A stretch of 64,000 nucleotides of DNA from Snowella sp. (GTDB lineage Bacteria; Cyanobacteriota; Cyanobacteriia; Cyanobacteriales; Microcystaceae). The stretch's first letter is position 1. Each line of letters begins with the position of its first letter. Below the pieces are notes generated by a model. It was not told the origin of the DNA. It made no database searches and saw only the letters and a program-made list of their open reading frames with translations. Positions 10,873-22,859 of the stretch are shown here, piece after piece. The position numbers were made by a program, and so were the translations under genes. The stretch spans positions 32,001 to 96,000 of the forward strand of contig JAYKGY010000070.1 in NCBI GenBank assembly GCA_035285545.1, given 5' to 3'.

Positions 10873-11607
10873 CTACCTTGCCCAATCCGTCATGCGCCAG
10901 ATTCCAATAAACCAAACCCCCGCAATTAGGGCACCCACATTCCATTTGATAGAGCGTTTTAATAAACTCAATTGTTGATTTGCTCGAGCTTCTTTGACTT
11001 GCGCTTTGAGCTTTTCTTCAGAACCCGCAATAAAAGTTGTTAGATCTTGTTTAATATTTTCTACGGATTCCCCTGGGTTGGGCGTAATTGCAATCCCACC
11101 GCGTTGTAAGGTTCTAATAATACCTTGGAGTTGCGCCTCGTTATCGACCCCTGATAATTGACTTTTGACTTCTCTGATTTGGGTTATCTGTTTATCTAAT
11201 TGGCCCGTAAACTGAGAAGTATTAATTTCATTAATCCGAACAGTATTAATCACCCCTAAAGGAACCATTAAACAATACAAAATTCCCAGCAGTAAGGTTA
11301 GCCAAGACAAAAATCCGACTAAACGGGATTCCCAAATCCTTCGTCCAGAATTTGCTCCTGTAAAAATCAAAACAAATCCTAATAAAGGAACAACAACTTT
11401 TTCAACCAACGCACCAATTGTTTGAAATTCCCACAAGGGATTCATAAATTGTAAGGGGGTTAAAGTATCAGCCCAATCGAAGATTGTAAAGAGTAATAAG
11501 CCATAGCCTAGCCAACGCAAAATGCCGACGGCTTGCCGAAAACTATAATCAATTTCTTTAATGTCTTCTACTGAATGGCTCAACGTATCGTTATCTACAG
11601 GAAACAT
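10873..11607 (-). CDS. hpsJ: HpsJ-family membrane protein, exosortase A-associated
   Basis: LRWLGYGLL...MNPLWEFQTIGALVE..VVPLLG; 4 TM segments with a coiled-coil loop; directly downstream of the crtA pair. Confidence 0.8.
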   Translation of the reverse strand: MFPVDNDTLSHSVEDIKEIDYSFRQAVGILRWLGYGLLLFTIFDWADTLTPLQFMNPLWEFQTIGALVEKVVVPLLGFVLIFTGANSGRRIWESRLVGFLSWLTLLLGILYCLMVPLGVINTVRINEINTSQFTGQLDKQITQIREVKSQLSGVDNEAQLQGIIRTLQRGGIAITPNPGESVENIKQDLTTFIAGSEEKLKAQVKEARANQQLSLLKRSIKWNVGALIAGVWFIGIWRMTDWAR

Positions 11608-11664
11608 ACAATAATTAGAATGGGTTACAAAAAAATCAATAATTTGATTAAATCAATTGGTTAA

Positions 11665-12414
11665 TTAAATTTGGAGTCCTTCAAAATAGGGTTGCCACCA
11701 CTGATTCCAAGAAATCCAGATTTTTTCTAAGGTTGGATAATAAGACGATGGTGAACTCGAATCAGTTCCACTGAGGGAAATGTCTATCCATAAACACCGA
11801 TTATCTAACAGGGATGTTTTCCCGATCGCGATCGGCAATAAACGTTCTAAACGCAAGTCAGAGGAATAGCGAACCTGTAAAAATTGTTCACGCTTAAAAA
11901 TACTACCACCACGGGGCGTTAAACAAGTGGTTAGGTGGGCTTGCTGATCTTGACTAAACAAACCGTAGGAACCAAGCCCTTCTTTATTACGAATAACTAA
12001 AGAATCCGGCACGTTTTTATGATAATAAGTCAAAAAAGCTTTAACATCCCCAATAGAAGGAGCAAAATAACGCATTTTGACGGTTAATACTTGATTGCCC
12101 TGTCGATACTGATATATTTTTCCATTGACGAAACTTAAAAGTTTATCCGCTTCGGGCTGGGACAATTGAGCTACTTTTTCCGCATCAGAAGTCTTCTCCA
12201 ATTGCCAATCGACTAAGGGAACCTCCGAGGGAAAGGGTAACGGATTCACCGTATTAGGGTTAGGGTAAAAAACCACTTTGATTAACGTTAGGGCAGCTCC
12301 TCCTAACAAAAGCCCTAACAAAACTTTTCGCCATTGGCTTAAGGGGGGGGAAGTCACTGTTTCGGCGAAAGGATCGTGATCTTCAGTTGTTTTCGGATCA
12401 TCTGAAAGCTTCAT
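11665..12414 (-). CDS. Cyanoexosortase A system-associated protein; likely start MKLSDD at 12414
   Basis: HLTTCLTPRGGS and DNRCLW motifs; ATG overlaps the crtA stop (ATGA). Confidence 0.82.
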   Translation of the reverse strand: MKLSDDPKTTEDHDPFAETVTSPPLSQWRKVLLGLLLGGAALTLIKVVFYPNPNTVNPLPFPSEVPLVDWQLEKTSDAEKVAQLSQPEADKLLSFVNGKIYQYRQGNQVLTVKMRYFAPSIGDVKAFLTYYHKNVPDSLVIRNKEGLGSYGLFSQDQQAHLTTCLTPRGGSIFKREQFLQVRYSSDLRLERLLPIAIGKTSLLDNRCLWIDISLSGTDSSSPSSYYPTLEKIWISWNQWWQPYFEGLQI

Positions 12415-13259
12415 GTTGAATGGGGTTCTTGACGTAAAAGATAGAGATAAAATGAGCCAAAAATAACAACAACGGTAAAGGTAAAGGCTAACGATCCCGT
12501 TCCTTCGTGCCAATATTCAAAAGCTTGAGGATTATGGGGACTGAGAATCGCTAATAAGCCGACACGAAATAAATTCATAATGAAGGCTAGTGCTAAAGCA
12601 ATTAAAGGCACAATCACCATGGTTTGACGCTGAGATAGGGGAAATAAAATCAAAAAAATTATAGAGACTTTGAATAAATAAATCAGATTGGCTACCCCAG
12701 CACAGGCATCGTTAACAATAATTCCACCTGACGGAAAAAAGAGTTGATTGCCTTCAATAGAAACCTGAAAACCCAGATACCATAGGGTAAATCCCACAAT
12801 TTTCGCAATAATTAAAGATAAAGTCGGAGCAATATTCAAAATTCCCACACCTAATTCTTGGGGAATGGCTAAAAGTCCCAGAAGAATAAATTCCCGCCAA
12901 TATTGCCCCAAGCCTTTAAAACCTGAAGCGACTAACGCTAATCCGAACCCTCCGACAAGGGGCATAAAACTCAACCCTGGGTTTGTCGTTGCATTCACAC
13001 TCCGCATTAACACGATCGCGATGAGCAAGGTTCCCACTAACGTAGACCCTAAATCACTGTTTAACTGGAGGGATTGACTTTTGCGTTGAATCAAAGACGC
13101 GATCGCGAACCAAATGAGAATCGTTAACCCTAAAAAATCCGGTTGCCCAGCTCTATCGGTCAATGTAAAATGAATCGCCACTAAACAACCCGCTAACCCT
13201 AATAACCAAAATTGGGGCGTTTTGAGGTCTTCTGCCGTTGGCAACGAAAAAAGATTCAT
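12411..13259 (-). CDS. crtA: Cyanoexosortase A
   Basis: Polytopic membrane protein with the exosortase triad C (VNDACAG), R (NLFRV) and H (FEYWHEG). Confidence 0.9.
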   Translation of the reverse strand: MNLFSLPTAEDLKTPQFWLLGLAGCLVAIHFTLTDRAGQPDFLGLTILIWFAIASLIQRKSQSLQLNSDLGSTLVGTLLIAIVLMRSVNATTNPGLSFMPLVGGFGLALVASGFKGLGQYWREFILLGLLAIPQELGVGILNIAPTLSLIIAKIVGFTLWYLGFQVSIEGNQLFFPSGGIIVNDACAGVANLIYLFKVSIIFLILFPLSQRQTMVIVPLIALALAFIMNLFRVGLLAILSPHNPQAFEYWHEGTGSLAFTFTVVVIFGSFYLYLLRQEPHST

Positions 13260-13415
13260 GATAATTTCCGAATATTCTGACGATCAAGCGTAGGGTTTTT
13301 CAGAAAATTTTCCACTCCGCCTTAACTCTGAGTATTGTAAAAGACAACTGCCCTAAAGGGGATTTTTTATTTTGTCAAACCATAGAAAAAATCATGAAAA
13401 ATCCAAATAGCCATA

Positions 13416-13449
13416 GAAAAAAGACAGGCTAAAAAGGGCACTGTCTTCT
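13416..13449 (-). terminator. Probable intrinsic terminator of purA-rplY
   Basis: AAGACAG...CTGTCTT stem followed by a U-run on the minus strand. Confidence 0.45.
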
Positions 13450-13480
13450 GCATACGAATTAAAGTAGATTGAGTAAGTTC

Positions 13481-13801
13481 CTAAGCTTCGGTCGCTAAGG
13501 ATTCAGGATTGGCGATGTAGAAAAAGCTGAGATGGTAGAGTGTCCGCTTCCAAGGATGGGCTTGAACTTCGCGGATGACGGCTTTGCCTTCCCAAGACAG
13601 ATCGGGGACTTTCACATCGATCAGGGTTTCATTGACTTTGGCTTTTTTTAAAAGATTCGTTGCGTCTTTCGCATTAACGATTAAAGAGACGGATTCTCCT
13701 CCCTGATGGCCATAGAGATTGGCAGGAATTAATCCTTCACGACGTAAAGCATTCGGTTTACTATTTTCAGCGCGTTTTTGACATTCAATGGTAAGAGACA
13801 T
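13481..13801 (-). CDS. rplY: 50S ribosomal protein L25 (short form)
   Basis: ALRREGLIPANLYG and EVQAHPWKR..YHLSF. Confidence 0.95.
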   Translation of the reverse strand: MSLTIECQKRAENSKPNALRREGLIPANLYGHQGGESVSLIVNAKDATNLLKKAKVNETLIDVKVPDLSWEGKAVIREVQAHPWKRTLYHLSFFYIANPESLATEA

Positions 13802-13862
13802 AGGATTTTAATAAGAAATTAAAGGTTAACAAGATTTCAGAGACTGAATTTAGACCCCTTGG

Positions 13863-15218
<1,356 letters not shown>

Positions 15219-15367
15219 TTAAAGTTCACACAAACTCTGATCATGACATTTAATAAGTTTCATGTCAACTTATTAATTTGATGAAAATTATAATGCCCAA
15301 AATAAGGCTTTTCTCGCGATCGCCGACTCAGGTAGAGTACAGTTAAGCAAAGATTTACGTTGATTGC

Positions 15368-16321
15368 ATGACTGTTGCACCGAGTTACTCCCTTATTATT
15401 CCGATCTATAACGAAGAAGCGAATATTGCAGAACTCTATCGTCGGGTTAAAGCCGTCATGGATCGTCTAGATCAGCCCGTGGAACTGATTTTAATTAACG
15501 ATGGAAGCCGAGACAATTCTTTAAAATTAATCCGAGATTTACAGCAACAGGATCACCGAGTCTGTTATCTCAGCCTAGCCCGTAACTTTGGCCATCAAAT
15601 TGCCGTCACCGCAGGGCTAAATTTTGCCAGGGGTCAAGCCGTTATTATCCTCGATGCCGATCTGCAAGATCCACCTGAATTAATTCCTGAACTCTTGGAA
15701 AAATGGCGACAGGGTTATCAAGTTGTCTACGCTCAACGAACAAAACGTAAACAAGAAGGCTGGTTCAAGCGGTTCACCGCCTATTTGTTTTATCGCTTGC
15801 TTCAACGATTAGCCGATGTCAATATCCCGACGGATACGGGAGATTTTTGCTTAATGGATCGGCAAGTCGTGGATTTATTAAATGTCATGCCCGAACGCAA
15901 CCGTTATATTCGCGGTTTACGTTCCTGGGTCGGGTTTCACCAAACCGCCATTCAATTTGAACGTGATCCCCGCTTTGCCGGCGAAGTAAAATATACCTTC
16001 CGTAAATCCTTTACCCTAGCGTTAAATAGCTTAGTCTCTTTCTCTCAAGTTCCTCTACGACTTTCGACCTATTTAGGGTTATTTTCTGCACTCTTGGCCT
16101 TATTAATGGCCTTATTAGTGCTTTATTGGCGGTTATCTGAAGCAAATTCTCGTATTACAGGCTTAGCCACCGTTGTCATTGCCATTTTATTTTTAGGCTC
16201 GGTGCAATTGGTTTGTATTGGGATTTTAGGGGAATATATTGGACGAATTTATGAAGAAGTCAAAGGCAGGCCCCTTTATACTTTGTCTGAAGTCAGTGGT
16301 TTTGAGAACGATATTGAGTAA
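15368..16321 (+). CDS. GT2 glycosyltransferase (GtrB/ArnC-like, polyprenol-phosphate glycosyltransferase)
   Basis: [22 protein letters not shown] and DADLQDPP; two C-terminal TM helices. Confidence 0.9.
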   Translation: MTVAPSYSLIIPIYNEEANIAELYRRVKAVMDRLDQPVELILINDGSRDNSLKLIRDLQQQDHRVCYLSLARNFGHQIAVTAGLNFARGQAVIILDADLQDPPELIPELLEKWRQGYQVVYAQRTKRKQEGWFKRFTAYLFYRLLQRLADVNIPTDTGDFCLMDRQVVDLLNVMPERNRYIRGLRSWVGFHQTAIQFERDPRFAGEVKYTFRKSFTLALNSLVSFSQVPLRLSTYLGLFSALLALLMALLVLYWRLSEANSRITGLATVVIAILFLGSVQLVCIGILGEYIGRIYEEVKGRPLYTLSEVSGFENDIE

Positions 16322-16358
16322 GTCAATTTAATTAAAAGCAGAATCAGCTTTCTTGATA

Positions 16359-16417
16359 AGGACATAATGATATTATGTTCCTACGAATTTGTAGGGATTT
16401 CACACTGTTAAATCCTT
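16359..16417. repeat. Two adjacent degenerate GTAG/CTAC-type REP-like hairpins
   Basis: AGGACATAAT-gat-ATTATGTTCCTAC, then GTAGGGATTT-cacactgtt-AAATCCT, between convergent genes. Confidence 0.6.
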
Positions 16418-16456
16418 TTGACGTTTTATTAGATTGTTCTATTTATCTTTCCTAAG

Positions 16457-17050
16457 TTAAATTTTCAAACTGAGTAAATTAAATAAATCATTAGCCGAAA
16501 ACTGCCAATCTGAAAGTGTTTCTAGAACAGGTAAAAAATCATCACCTTCTTTAGAATCAGGTAATTTATCTCCCTGAAAAACTAAAACAATTCGGTCTTG
16601 AGGAGAGATTAACCAACCCAATTTTGTTCCATTTTTTAGCGAAAAACTAATTTTATTGATGAGTTTAATCGAAGATTGTTCAGGGGAAAGAATTTCGATA
16701 ATCCAATCGGGAAGAATTTCGATTTTATTCATGATTTCGCCTTGATCATCTAAGGGAATATTATTCCATTCAAAGACGGCAATATCAGGCACAATCGATC
16801 GCCCTGCAAAGGTACAACGGAGTTCAGGAAACGCATAAACCCGTTGGGCAGATTCGCCCCGCTGATTGATCTGATTTAAAAAGCGTCCTTGTAATAAACT
16901 ATGTTTCCCTTGGGGCATGGGTTTCTGTTCAATATGACCATTAATATATTCACTAGCAGGCTTAGTTTCAGGTAGTGCTAAGAACTCATCAAGGGATAGG
17001 TTTTTAGCTTTTAGGGGCGAAAAAGAAGCAATAGTCATATTTCCAGCCAA
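16457..17050 (-). CDS. Uma2-family (DUF820) PD-(D/E)xK putative endonuclease
   Basis: PETKPASEY, PQGKHS, IVPDIAV and PDWIIEILSP. Confidence 0.92.
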   Translation of the reverse strand: MAGNMTIASFSPLKAKNLSLDEFLALPETKPASEYINGHIEQKPMPQGKHSLLQGRFLNQINQRGESAQRVYAFPELRCTFAGRSIVPDIAVFEWNNIPLDDQGEIMNKIEILPDWIIEILSPEQSSIKLINKISFSLKNGTKLGWLISPQDRIVLVFQGDKLPDSKEGDDFLPVLETLSDWQFSANDLFNLLSLKI

Positions 17051-17068
17051 AAATTAGAACATTAATAA

Positions 17069-18199
17069 CTAGCAATTAACTTCTTCAATGCGGGAAGTGG
17101 TAAAGCGATTCATCCAATTTTCTAGATAAGCGCGATTGGCTTTCCGTTCTTCTAAATTTTGCGTATCCATTGGGTAGGGAGCTAAACCCCTAATTGCAGC
17201 CGTCGTGACACAAAACATGGATTTTTGGAAGGTTTCACAAATTTTGACTAATAAATCGTCTTCCTGGCGATCGCTGTTTTGATAGATCTGATGGAGATAA
17301 TCGGGGAGAAAATGACGCATATCCTGCATTAACAACGTTGGCGGAATACCAGCCCCACCGATGGGCAACGGATCGGCATATAAAGCCCCATAGGTAAAGG
17401 ATTCTTGATCAGGTGGAATTTGGTAAGCCTGAGCATTAAAGGAAACTGTTCCTGGAAAGGGTGTTCCGCGAAAGAAAACTGCCTCAACGTAGGGAACCGC
17501 CGTATCCATTAAGAAGGTCAGACCCGCAGAGGGTGGAAGCACGGGGTAAACCTGTTGACCAATTTTGACTTGATAGGTAATCGGTTTGGCCGCATCTTTC
17601 ACTAAACCATCTTGGATATATTGAACCACTTGGGGAATGGTTTTAATTTTGCCTTGATCGTAAAGATCCGAAAGGCTTAAAAATATATCCGCCATCACTC
17701 GCCAAAATTGCCCTAAACCCGAATAATAGGCCATCATTCGCATTTGTTCGGGTAAAAATTCAGGAAAAATTTTGTGTAAGGTTGAAATGAATAAATTGCC
17801 TTTAATTTTAGCTTGAATTACCTTTTCAATATTCTGACGAAACTCTTCGCTGTCTAAATAATTATCTAGTCCTCCCCCACCATGCCAAAGCATCGTTTTC
17901 ATGCAATATTCTGCATATTCAAAATTAATGCGATCGTGGCACCAATGTTTCCATAATTGATTTAACGAAACCTGACCATTAAAGTATTTAAAAAAAGGAA
18001 ATAACACTAAAAATTGATGCTCAGCAATATAAATTAAATTGTGAGAATAACTATCTAAAACCACCCCATAACTTTTCAGAATGCCCACCACTTCAGTGAC
18101 ATTTTCAGGAGAATCTTTCAGTAAGGCTTCGCCCGTTTCTAACTGGGAAATGTAATCGGCGAGGGGATGTTTAGAGGCTTCTAAAAGGGTCTTGGGCAT
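17069..18199 (-). CDS. cupB: CO2 hydration protein CupB (ChpX)
   Basis: HDRINFEYAEYC and YADPLPIGGAGIPPTLLMQDMRH; 376 aa; follows ndhF4-ndhD4. Confidence 0.93.
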   Translation of the reverse strand: MPKTLLEASKHPLADYISQLETGEALLKDSPENVTEVVGILKSYGVVLDSYSHNLIYIAEHQFLVLFPFFKYFNGQVSLNQLWKHWCHDRINFEYAEYCMKTMLWHGGGGLDNYLDSEEFRQNIEKVIQAKIKGNLFISTLHKIFPEFLPEQMRMMAYYSGLGQFWRVMADIFLSLSDLYDQGKIKTIPQVVQYIQDGLVKDAAKPITYQVKIGQQVYPVLPPSAGLTFLMDTAVPYVEAVFFRGTPFPGTVSFNAQAYQIPPDQESFTYGALYADPLPIGGAGIPPTLLMQDMRHFLPDYLHQIYQNSDRQEDDLLVKICETFQKSMFCVTTAAIRGLAPYPMDTQNLEERKANRAYLENWMNRFTTSRIEEVNC

Positions 18200-18248
18200 G
18201 GTTAAAGGCGAATATTTTAATCAATTTTATCAAATCGTCGAGGCTTGA

Positions 18249-19763
18249 TTAGGAATCGGAGCGGGTAAAGGATAATACAGGTTGCATCGGTAAGGTTGCG
18301 ATATCGGAAGAACCTGTTAATAAAACTGCCGCCTGGGGTTCACTCCAACGGGACATCCATTCAGGTTGAATCCCTAAGGCAATAATCAAAACAGCTAAAA
18401 TAACGGCAGGAATGCGCTCTTTCCAAAGAACACGGGGTAATTTCGATAGTTCTGGGGTTAAACGGCCAAAAAAGACGCGATTAACCATTAACAGAAAATA
18501 AACGGCGGTTAGTCCACTAGCGACTAAACATAATAGGGTTTGAATGGGAAAAATCGGAAAACTACCCCGAAAAACGAGAAACTCTGCAATAAAGCCAACC
18601 ATGCCAGGAATTCCCGCGCTGGCCATTACCCCTAAAATCATTAAGGTTCCCGTAATCGGTAAACCCCGTTCAGGAGCGAGTAAACCCCGTAAATAGTTAA
18701 CGTCACGGCTTCCCGTTTTCTTATAGACAATCCCCACAAGCAAAAACAACATGGCAGAAATTAAACCATGACTAATCATTTGGCAATTGGCGGCAACAAT
18801 ACTGAGACGGGTACTGGCGGCGGCGGCGAGTAAAATATAGGCCATGTGAGAAATAGAGGAATACGCAACCACTTTTTTCATGTCCTGTTGAGCGATCGCG
18901 CAGGAGGCTCCATAGAGGGCACTAATGGCGGCTAGGGTGGCTAAATAGGGCGCAATCAAAACCCAAGCATCCAAAAATAACCCAACGCCAAAGCGTAATA
19001 AGCCGTAGGTTCCGAGTTTGAGTAAAACCCCTGCTAATAAAACAGAAACGGGAGTGGAGGCTTCAACGTGGGCATCGGGTAACCAGGTATGGAAGGGAAA
19101 GATGGGAATTTTAATGGCTAAACCAATGAGTAAGGGAATGAGCAGTAATAATTGGGTACTGATGGGCAATAACTGCGATCGCGAAGGATCATAATCAAAA
19201 GTCGGCGAATGGGTAATCCAAACCCAACCGAGGAAGGAAACGAGGACTAAAAAACCTGAAACTGCGGTGTAGAGTAAAAATTTCATGGCCGCATAGCCCC
19301 GCCGCTCTCCTCCCCAAATGGCAATTAAGAAATACAACGGAATGATTTCTAACTCATAAAAAAGGAAAAATAGTAATAAATCTTGGGCTAAAAATGCACC
19401 TGCTACGCCACCACTTAAAAGCAAAATTAGGGAATAATAAAAACGAGGACGGGGAAGGGTTTCATTACTGCTGTAAATGGCAATGAGGGTTAATAAACTA
19501 TTGAGACAGAGTAGGGGAAAAGATAGGCCATCAACGGCTAAATGGTAACTTAAACCAATATTCTCAATCCAAGGAAAATACTCCACTAACTGCATTTCAG
19601 GATTACTCGCATCAAACTGAAACCCTAGAATCAGGTTAAAAACTAAAATTACACTACTAAAAATTAACGCCAGATTCCGCGATCGCGCTCCTTCCCCAAT
19701 ACCAGGAACAAAGGCAATGATTGCAGCACTGAAAATCGGAATCCAAACTAAAACACTGAGCAT
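18249..19763 (-). CDS. ndhD4: NDH-1 subunit 4, NdhD4
   Basis: PFHTWLPDAHVEAS and LLKLGTYG; between ndhF and cupB. Confidence 0.9.
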   Translation of the reverse strand: MLSVLVWIPIFSAAIIAFVPGIGEGARSRNLALIFSSVILVFNLILGFQFDASNPEMQLVEYFPWIENIGLSYHLAVDGLSFPLLCLNSLLTLIAIYSSNETLPRPRFYYSLILLLSGGVAGAFLAQDLLLFFLFYELEIIPLYFLIAIWGGERRGYAAMKFLLYTAVSGFLVLVSFLGWVWITHSPTFDYDPSRSQLLPISTQLLLLIPLLIGLAIKIPIFPFHTWLPDAHVEASTPVSVLLAGVLLKLGTYGLLRFGVGLFLDAWVLIAPYLATLAAISALYGASCAIAQQDMKKVVAYSSISHMAYILLAAAASTRLSIVAANCQMISHGLISAMLFLLVGIVYKKTGSRDVNYLRGLLAPERGLPITGTLMILGVMASAGIPGMVGFIAEFLVFRGSFPIFPIQTLLCLVASGLTAVYFLLMVNRVFFGRLTPELSKLPRVLWKERIPAVILAVLIIALGIQPEWMSRWSEPQAAVLLTGSSDIATLPMQPVLSFTRSDS

Positions 19764-19824
19764 AGGAATATCAATTTCTTGGGTTAAAAGGCGTTAAAAA
19801 ATATAATTAATGGTAGATATTGGT

Positions 19825-21726
19825 TTAAGAAATAGAAATTAAAGAAGACCAAAACTGGGTAATGGTTGCCCATTGAGTATTAATAATTAACCCCAGTAGC
19901 AAACTAACACCAATCACAATGGTTAAGACATAAAATTGGGATTGTCCTGACGTATTATATTTAAGCGCATTGCCACTAAAAACCGTTGCTAAACTGACTA
20001 AATTGACTGCGCCATCAACCACATAACGATCCAACCAAGCCGTTAAGCGAGATAGGGCAGCAACCGCCGCAACGATGGTTTTTGCATAAATTTCTGCCAA
20101 ATAAAAATCATAGGAAAATAAATCTTGGAAAAAGCGGATATATAATTGGCTGGATCTCGCTAAAGAACGGCGTAAGACCATCAGAAAGCCAATAGAGCAG
20201 CCTAAAATACCAGAAACAATCAGTAAGGGCATTGACCATTGAGCGATCCAGGCATCTTGATTGCTAAGGGGATTCGTTGGAGAAAGCCATAAAGGCCAAC
20301 GAAGAGGAACAATGGGAGCCGCTAGGGTTGCTAGGGTTAATGTCACCATCGGAAAAGCCATCGGCCAGGGTACTTCTGGGGTACGGCGGGTTTTACTCTG
20401 GGGTTTTCCTAAAAAGACCAGGCGAAAAACACGGGTTAAATTCAGAGCCGAAAGGGTATTAAAAAAGAGCAGCAAAGCAAATAGGGGCCAAGGAATTTCC
20501 CAGGAGCCATTTAACCAACGTTGCCATGTCCAGAACATCCCCAAGGGCAATAGGCTAAGTAATCCCAAGGAACCGACAACAAACGCGGAGGTGGTCGCTG
20601 GCATCTTTGACCATAGGCCCCCCATTTCCGTAATGTTTTGATTACTAGTCGTCGCAATAATGGAACCAATACTCATAAAGAGGAGGGCTTTGGCGATCGC
20701 GTGGGTAAAGAGGATTAAAAAGGCAATATCCACATGGCCCAATCCAACCGCCACAAACACTAATCCCAAATAGGCACTGGTGGAGTGGGATAGGGTTCGT
20801 TTAATATCGGTTTGCGCGATCGCGATGAAAGAGGTGGTAATCGTCGTGACAGTCCCTAAAACAATTAACGTATTCGAGGCGACGGGAGAAAGGGCAAAAA
20901 CAGGCTGTAATTTGATAAGAACATAAGCCCCAGCCGATACGACGATAGAATTTCGCATAATTCCTGCGGGATTGGGGCCTTCCATTGCCTCATCTAACCA
21001 CAGGTTCAAAGGAAATTGGGCACACTTACCCGTTGGCCCAGCGATTAAGGATAAACCTAATAAGGTTGCGGTAAAGGTAGGAATGGGATAATTATTTGCC
21101 CAAGCTTCTAACTGAGAAAAAGTTAACCCTTCGCCATAGGTCGATAAGGCCACTAAACCCATCAGTAAAATAATGTCGCCGACCCGTTTGGTTAAAAACG
21201 CATCTCGCGCCGCACCGACCACCAAGGGCTGAGCATACCAAAACCCCACCAAAAGATAGGTCGATAAAGTCAGCATTTCTAGGAGAGCATAACTGAGAAA
21301 TAAGGAGTCACTCAGAGAAATCCCCCCTAAAGCCGCTTCAAAAAAACCAATTAGACCATAAAATCGTCCTAATGACCAATCTTTCTCCATATAACCCAGA
21401 GCGTAAATCTGAGCCAGTAGGCTGATTCCTGTGATGACCTCTAACGCGCCTAAACTCACGGGAGAGAGTTCAATGGATAAGGATAAATCCAAATCTGCTA
21501 CCTTGAGCCAATCAAAAACCAGTTGTTGGCTTTGTCCCTGCCAAATAGAAACAAACGCGATCGATCCATGAATCACCGCCAGTAGGGTCATCAAAATATT
21601 TAAATAGGCGGCTGGACGAGATCCCGTGCGTCGGATCAAACCCAATGACCAAGGAAGCGTCACAAATGAGCCAATTAAGCCATAAAAAGGAATAAACCAA
21701 CTATTTTGCAGGAGAAAGTTAGTCAT
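19825..21726 (-). CDS. ndhF4: NDH-1 subunit 5, NdhF4
   Basis: GKCAQFPLNLWLDEAMEGP; operon with cupB. Confidence 0.9.
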   Translation of the reverse strand: MTNFLLQNSWFIPFYGLIGSFVTLPWSLGLIRRTGSRPAAYLNILMTLLAVIHGSIAFVSIWQGQSQQLVFDWLKVADLDLSLSIELSPVSLGALEVITGISLLAQIYALGYMEKDWSLGRFYGLIGFFEAALGGISLSDSLFLSYALLEMLTLSTYLLVGFWYAQPLVVGAARDAFLTKRVGDIILLMGLVALSTYGEGLTFSQLEAWANNYPIPTFTATLLGLSLIAGPTGKCAQFPLNLWLDEAMEGPNPAGIMRNSIVVSAGAYVLIKLQPVFALSPVASNTLIVLGTVTTITTSFIAIAQTDIKRTLSHSTSAYLGLVFVAVGLGHVDIAFLILFTHAIAKALLFMSIGSIIATTSNQNITEMGGLWSKMPATTSAFVVGSLGLLSLLPLGMFWTWQRWLNGSWEIPWPLFALLLFFNTLSALNLTRVFRLVFLGKPQSKTRRTPEVPWPMAFPMVTLTLATLAAPIVPLRWPLWLSPTNPLSNQDAWIAQWSMPLLIVSGILGCSIGFLMVLRRSLARSSQLYIRFFQDLFSYDFYLAEIYAKTIVAAVAALSRLTAWLDRYVVDGAVNLVSLATVFSGNALKYNTSGQSQFYVLTIVIGVSLLLGLIINTQWATITQFWSSLISIS

Positions 21727-21979
21727 TATTGATGTTTTTATATAAAAATTTTCTTAAAAGATAGCGATCGCATCCCAATCCTACGCTACAGTAGCTTAAG
21801 TCTCTTGACAAGCCTCGTTATAGAGATTAATCGATAATTATCCTCGATATTACGCTTTAGTTTTTTTGATAGATTTGCAGATAATCTACATATTCAAGCG
21901 TGCAAAACGGAAGAAAATGATATTTTTTAAAATCACCTAACCCATCAAACGATTGACCACTTGTTTAAAAATTGTGGTA

Positions 21980-22345
21980 CTAGGAATGAATCTGTAAATA
22001 GCTTAGTAACCAATTCGCAGCCGTTGCTCTGCGGGTTTGCCTTGGCCCAAATTCTCCAATTTTATAGCCCTTAAATCCTAATTTTTCCTTAAGTAATTGC
22101 TTATTTTCAGGCGGGATAGAACGGGTTAATTTAACCGTTGGTGGACGATTAGCAATAAAGTCCGGCGGCTCAGGATACTCATTACGCCAATCTTCTTCAA
22201 CCTGTTGATTATCCCAAGTTTGAGCCTCAGAATTGTAGCGGTAGCCTAAATAATAGGCAACCAAATGATTAACGGTTTCATCGCTGATCTCTTCATTCAG
22301 AATTGCCCAAATGGTTTCTGTGTTTAAAGGCGGTAAAGAATTCAT
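21980..22345 (-). CDS. DUF1823-family protein
   Basis: YPEPPDFI..RP.TVKLTRSIP.ENKQLLKE.LGFKGY...RRATAANWLL. Confidence 0.85.
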   Translation of the reverse strand: MNSLPPLNTETIWAILNEEISDETVNHLVAYYLGYRYNSEAQTWDNQQVEEDWRNEYPEPPDFIANRPPTVKLTRSIPPENKQLLKEKLGFKGYKIGEFGPRQTRRATAANWLLSYLQIHS

Positions 22346-22859
22346 AATAATTTCTTAAATTTTTAAGCTGTAGGGATTGCTTAATTAAAGTCAGCGATCG
22401 CTATTTTAACCTAACTTATCTCCAGTACGGGAGCCTAAATCGTTTTTAAGCTTTAATCCTAAAGATTGAAACTCAAATTCACTGTCGTACATACTTCAGT
22501 TCTTGATTTAAAAGACGTAACAAAAAATTGTAATAATGTGTAAAATATAGTGTTCTCGTTCTGGAATATATCGTGTCCTGATCCCATCCCATAACTTTTA
22601 GCCGTTCGATTTTGGAATTTTGGTAAAACTTGAGCAATACAAATTTTTCAAACTTCGTGTACTGTTTTAGAATTCTATATTTACTCTAAGCTATCCACAT
22701 ATTGAAATTTCAGATAAACAGGATGTTTTGCGGGATACTCAAGCGATAAGCGACAAGTAGAAGATGATTACTTAGGGCTATCTTATTTCGTTTGGGTGAT
22801 AAAAATATGGAGGCAATAGCGTTAGGACTAATGGCTCATCTGAAATAAAGACTTGGGAC

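Noticed and set aside
11665..12513. Long N-terminal extensions in track ORFs (exosortase partner, Rieske, glcF, groEL, DAO)
   Set aside because: Artefacts of taking the first possible start codon; downstream ATGs fit the family N-termini and avoid overlaps
16457..17050. Uma2 genes (here and at 51219) as a defence system
   Set aside because: Solitary members of a family that is highly expanded in cyanobacteria, with no partner genes
22406..22492. 28-codon minus-strand ORF (MYDSEFEF...) upstream of DUF1823
   Set aside because: No RBS and no recognisable similarity
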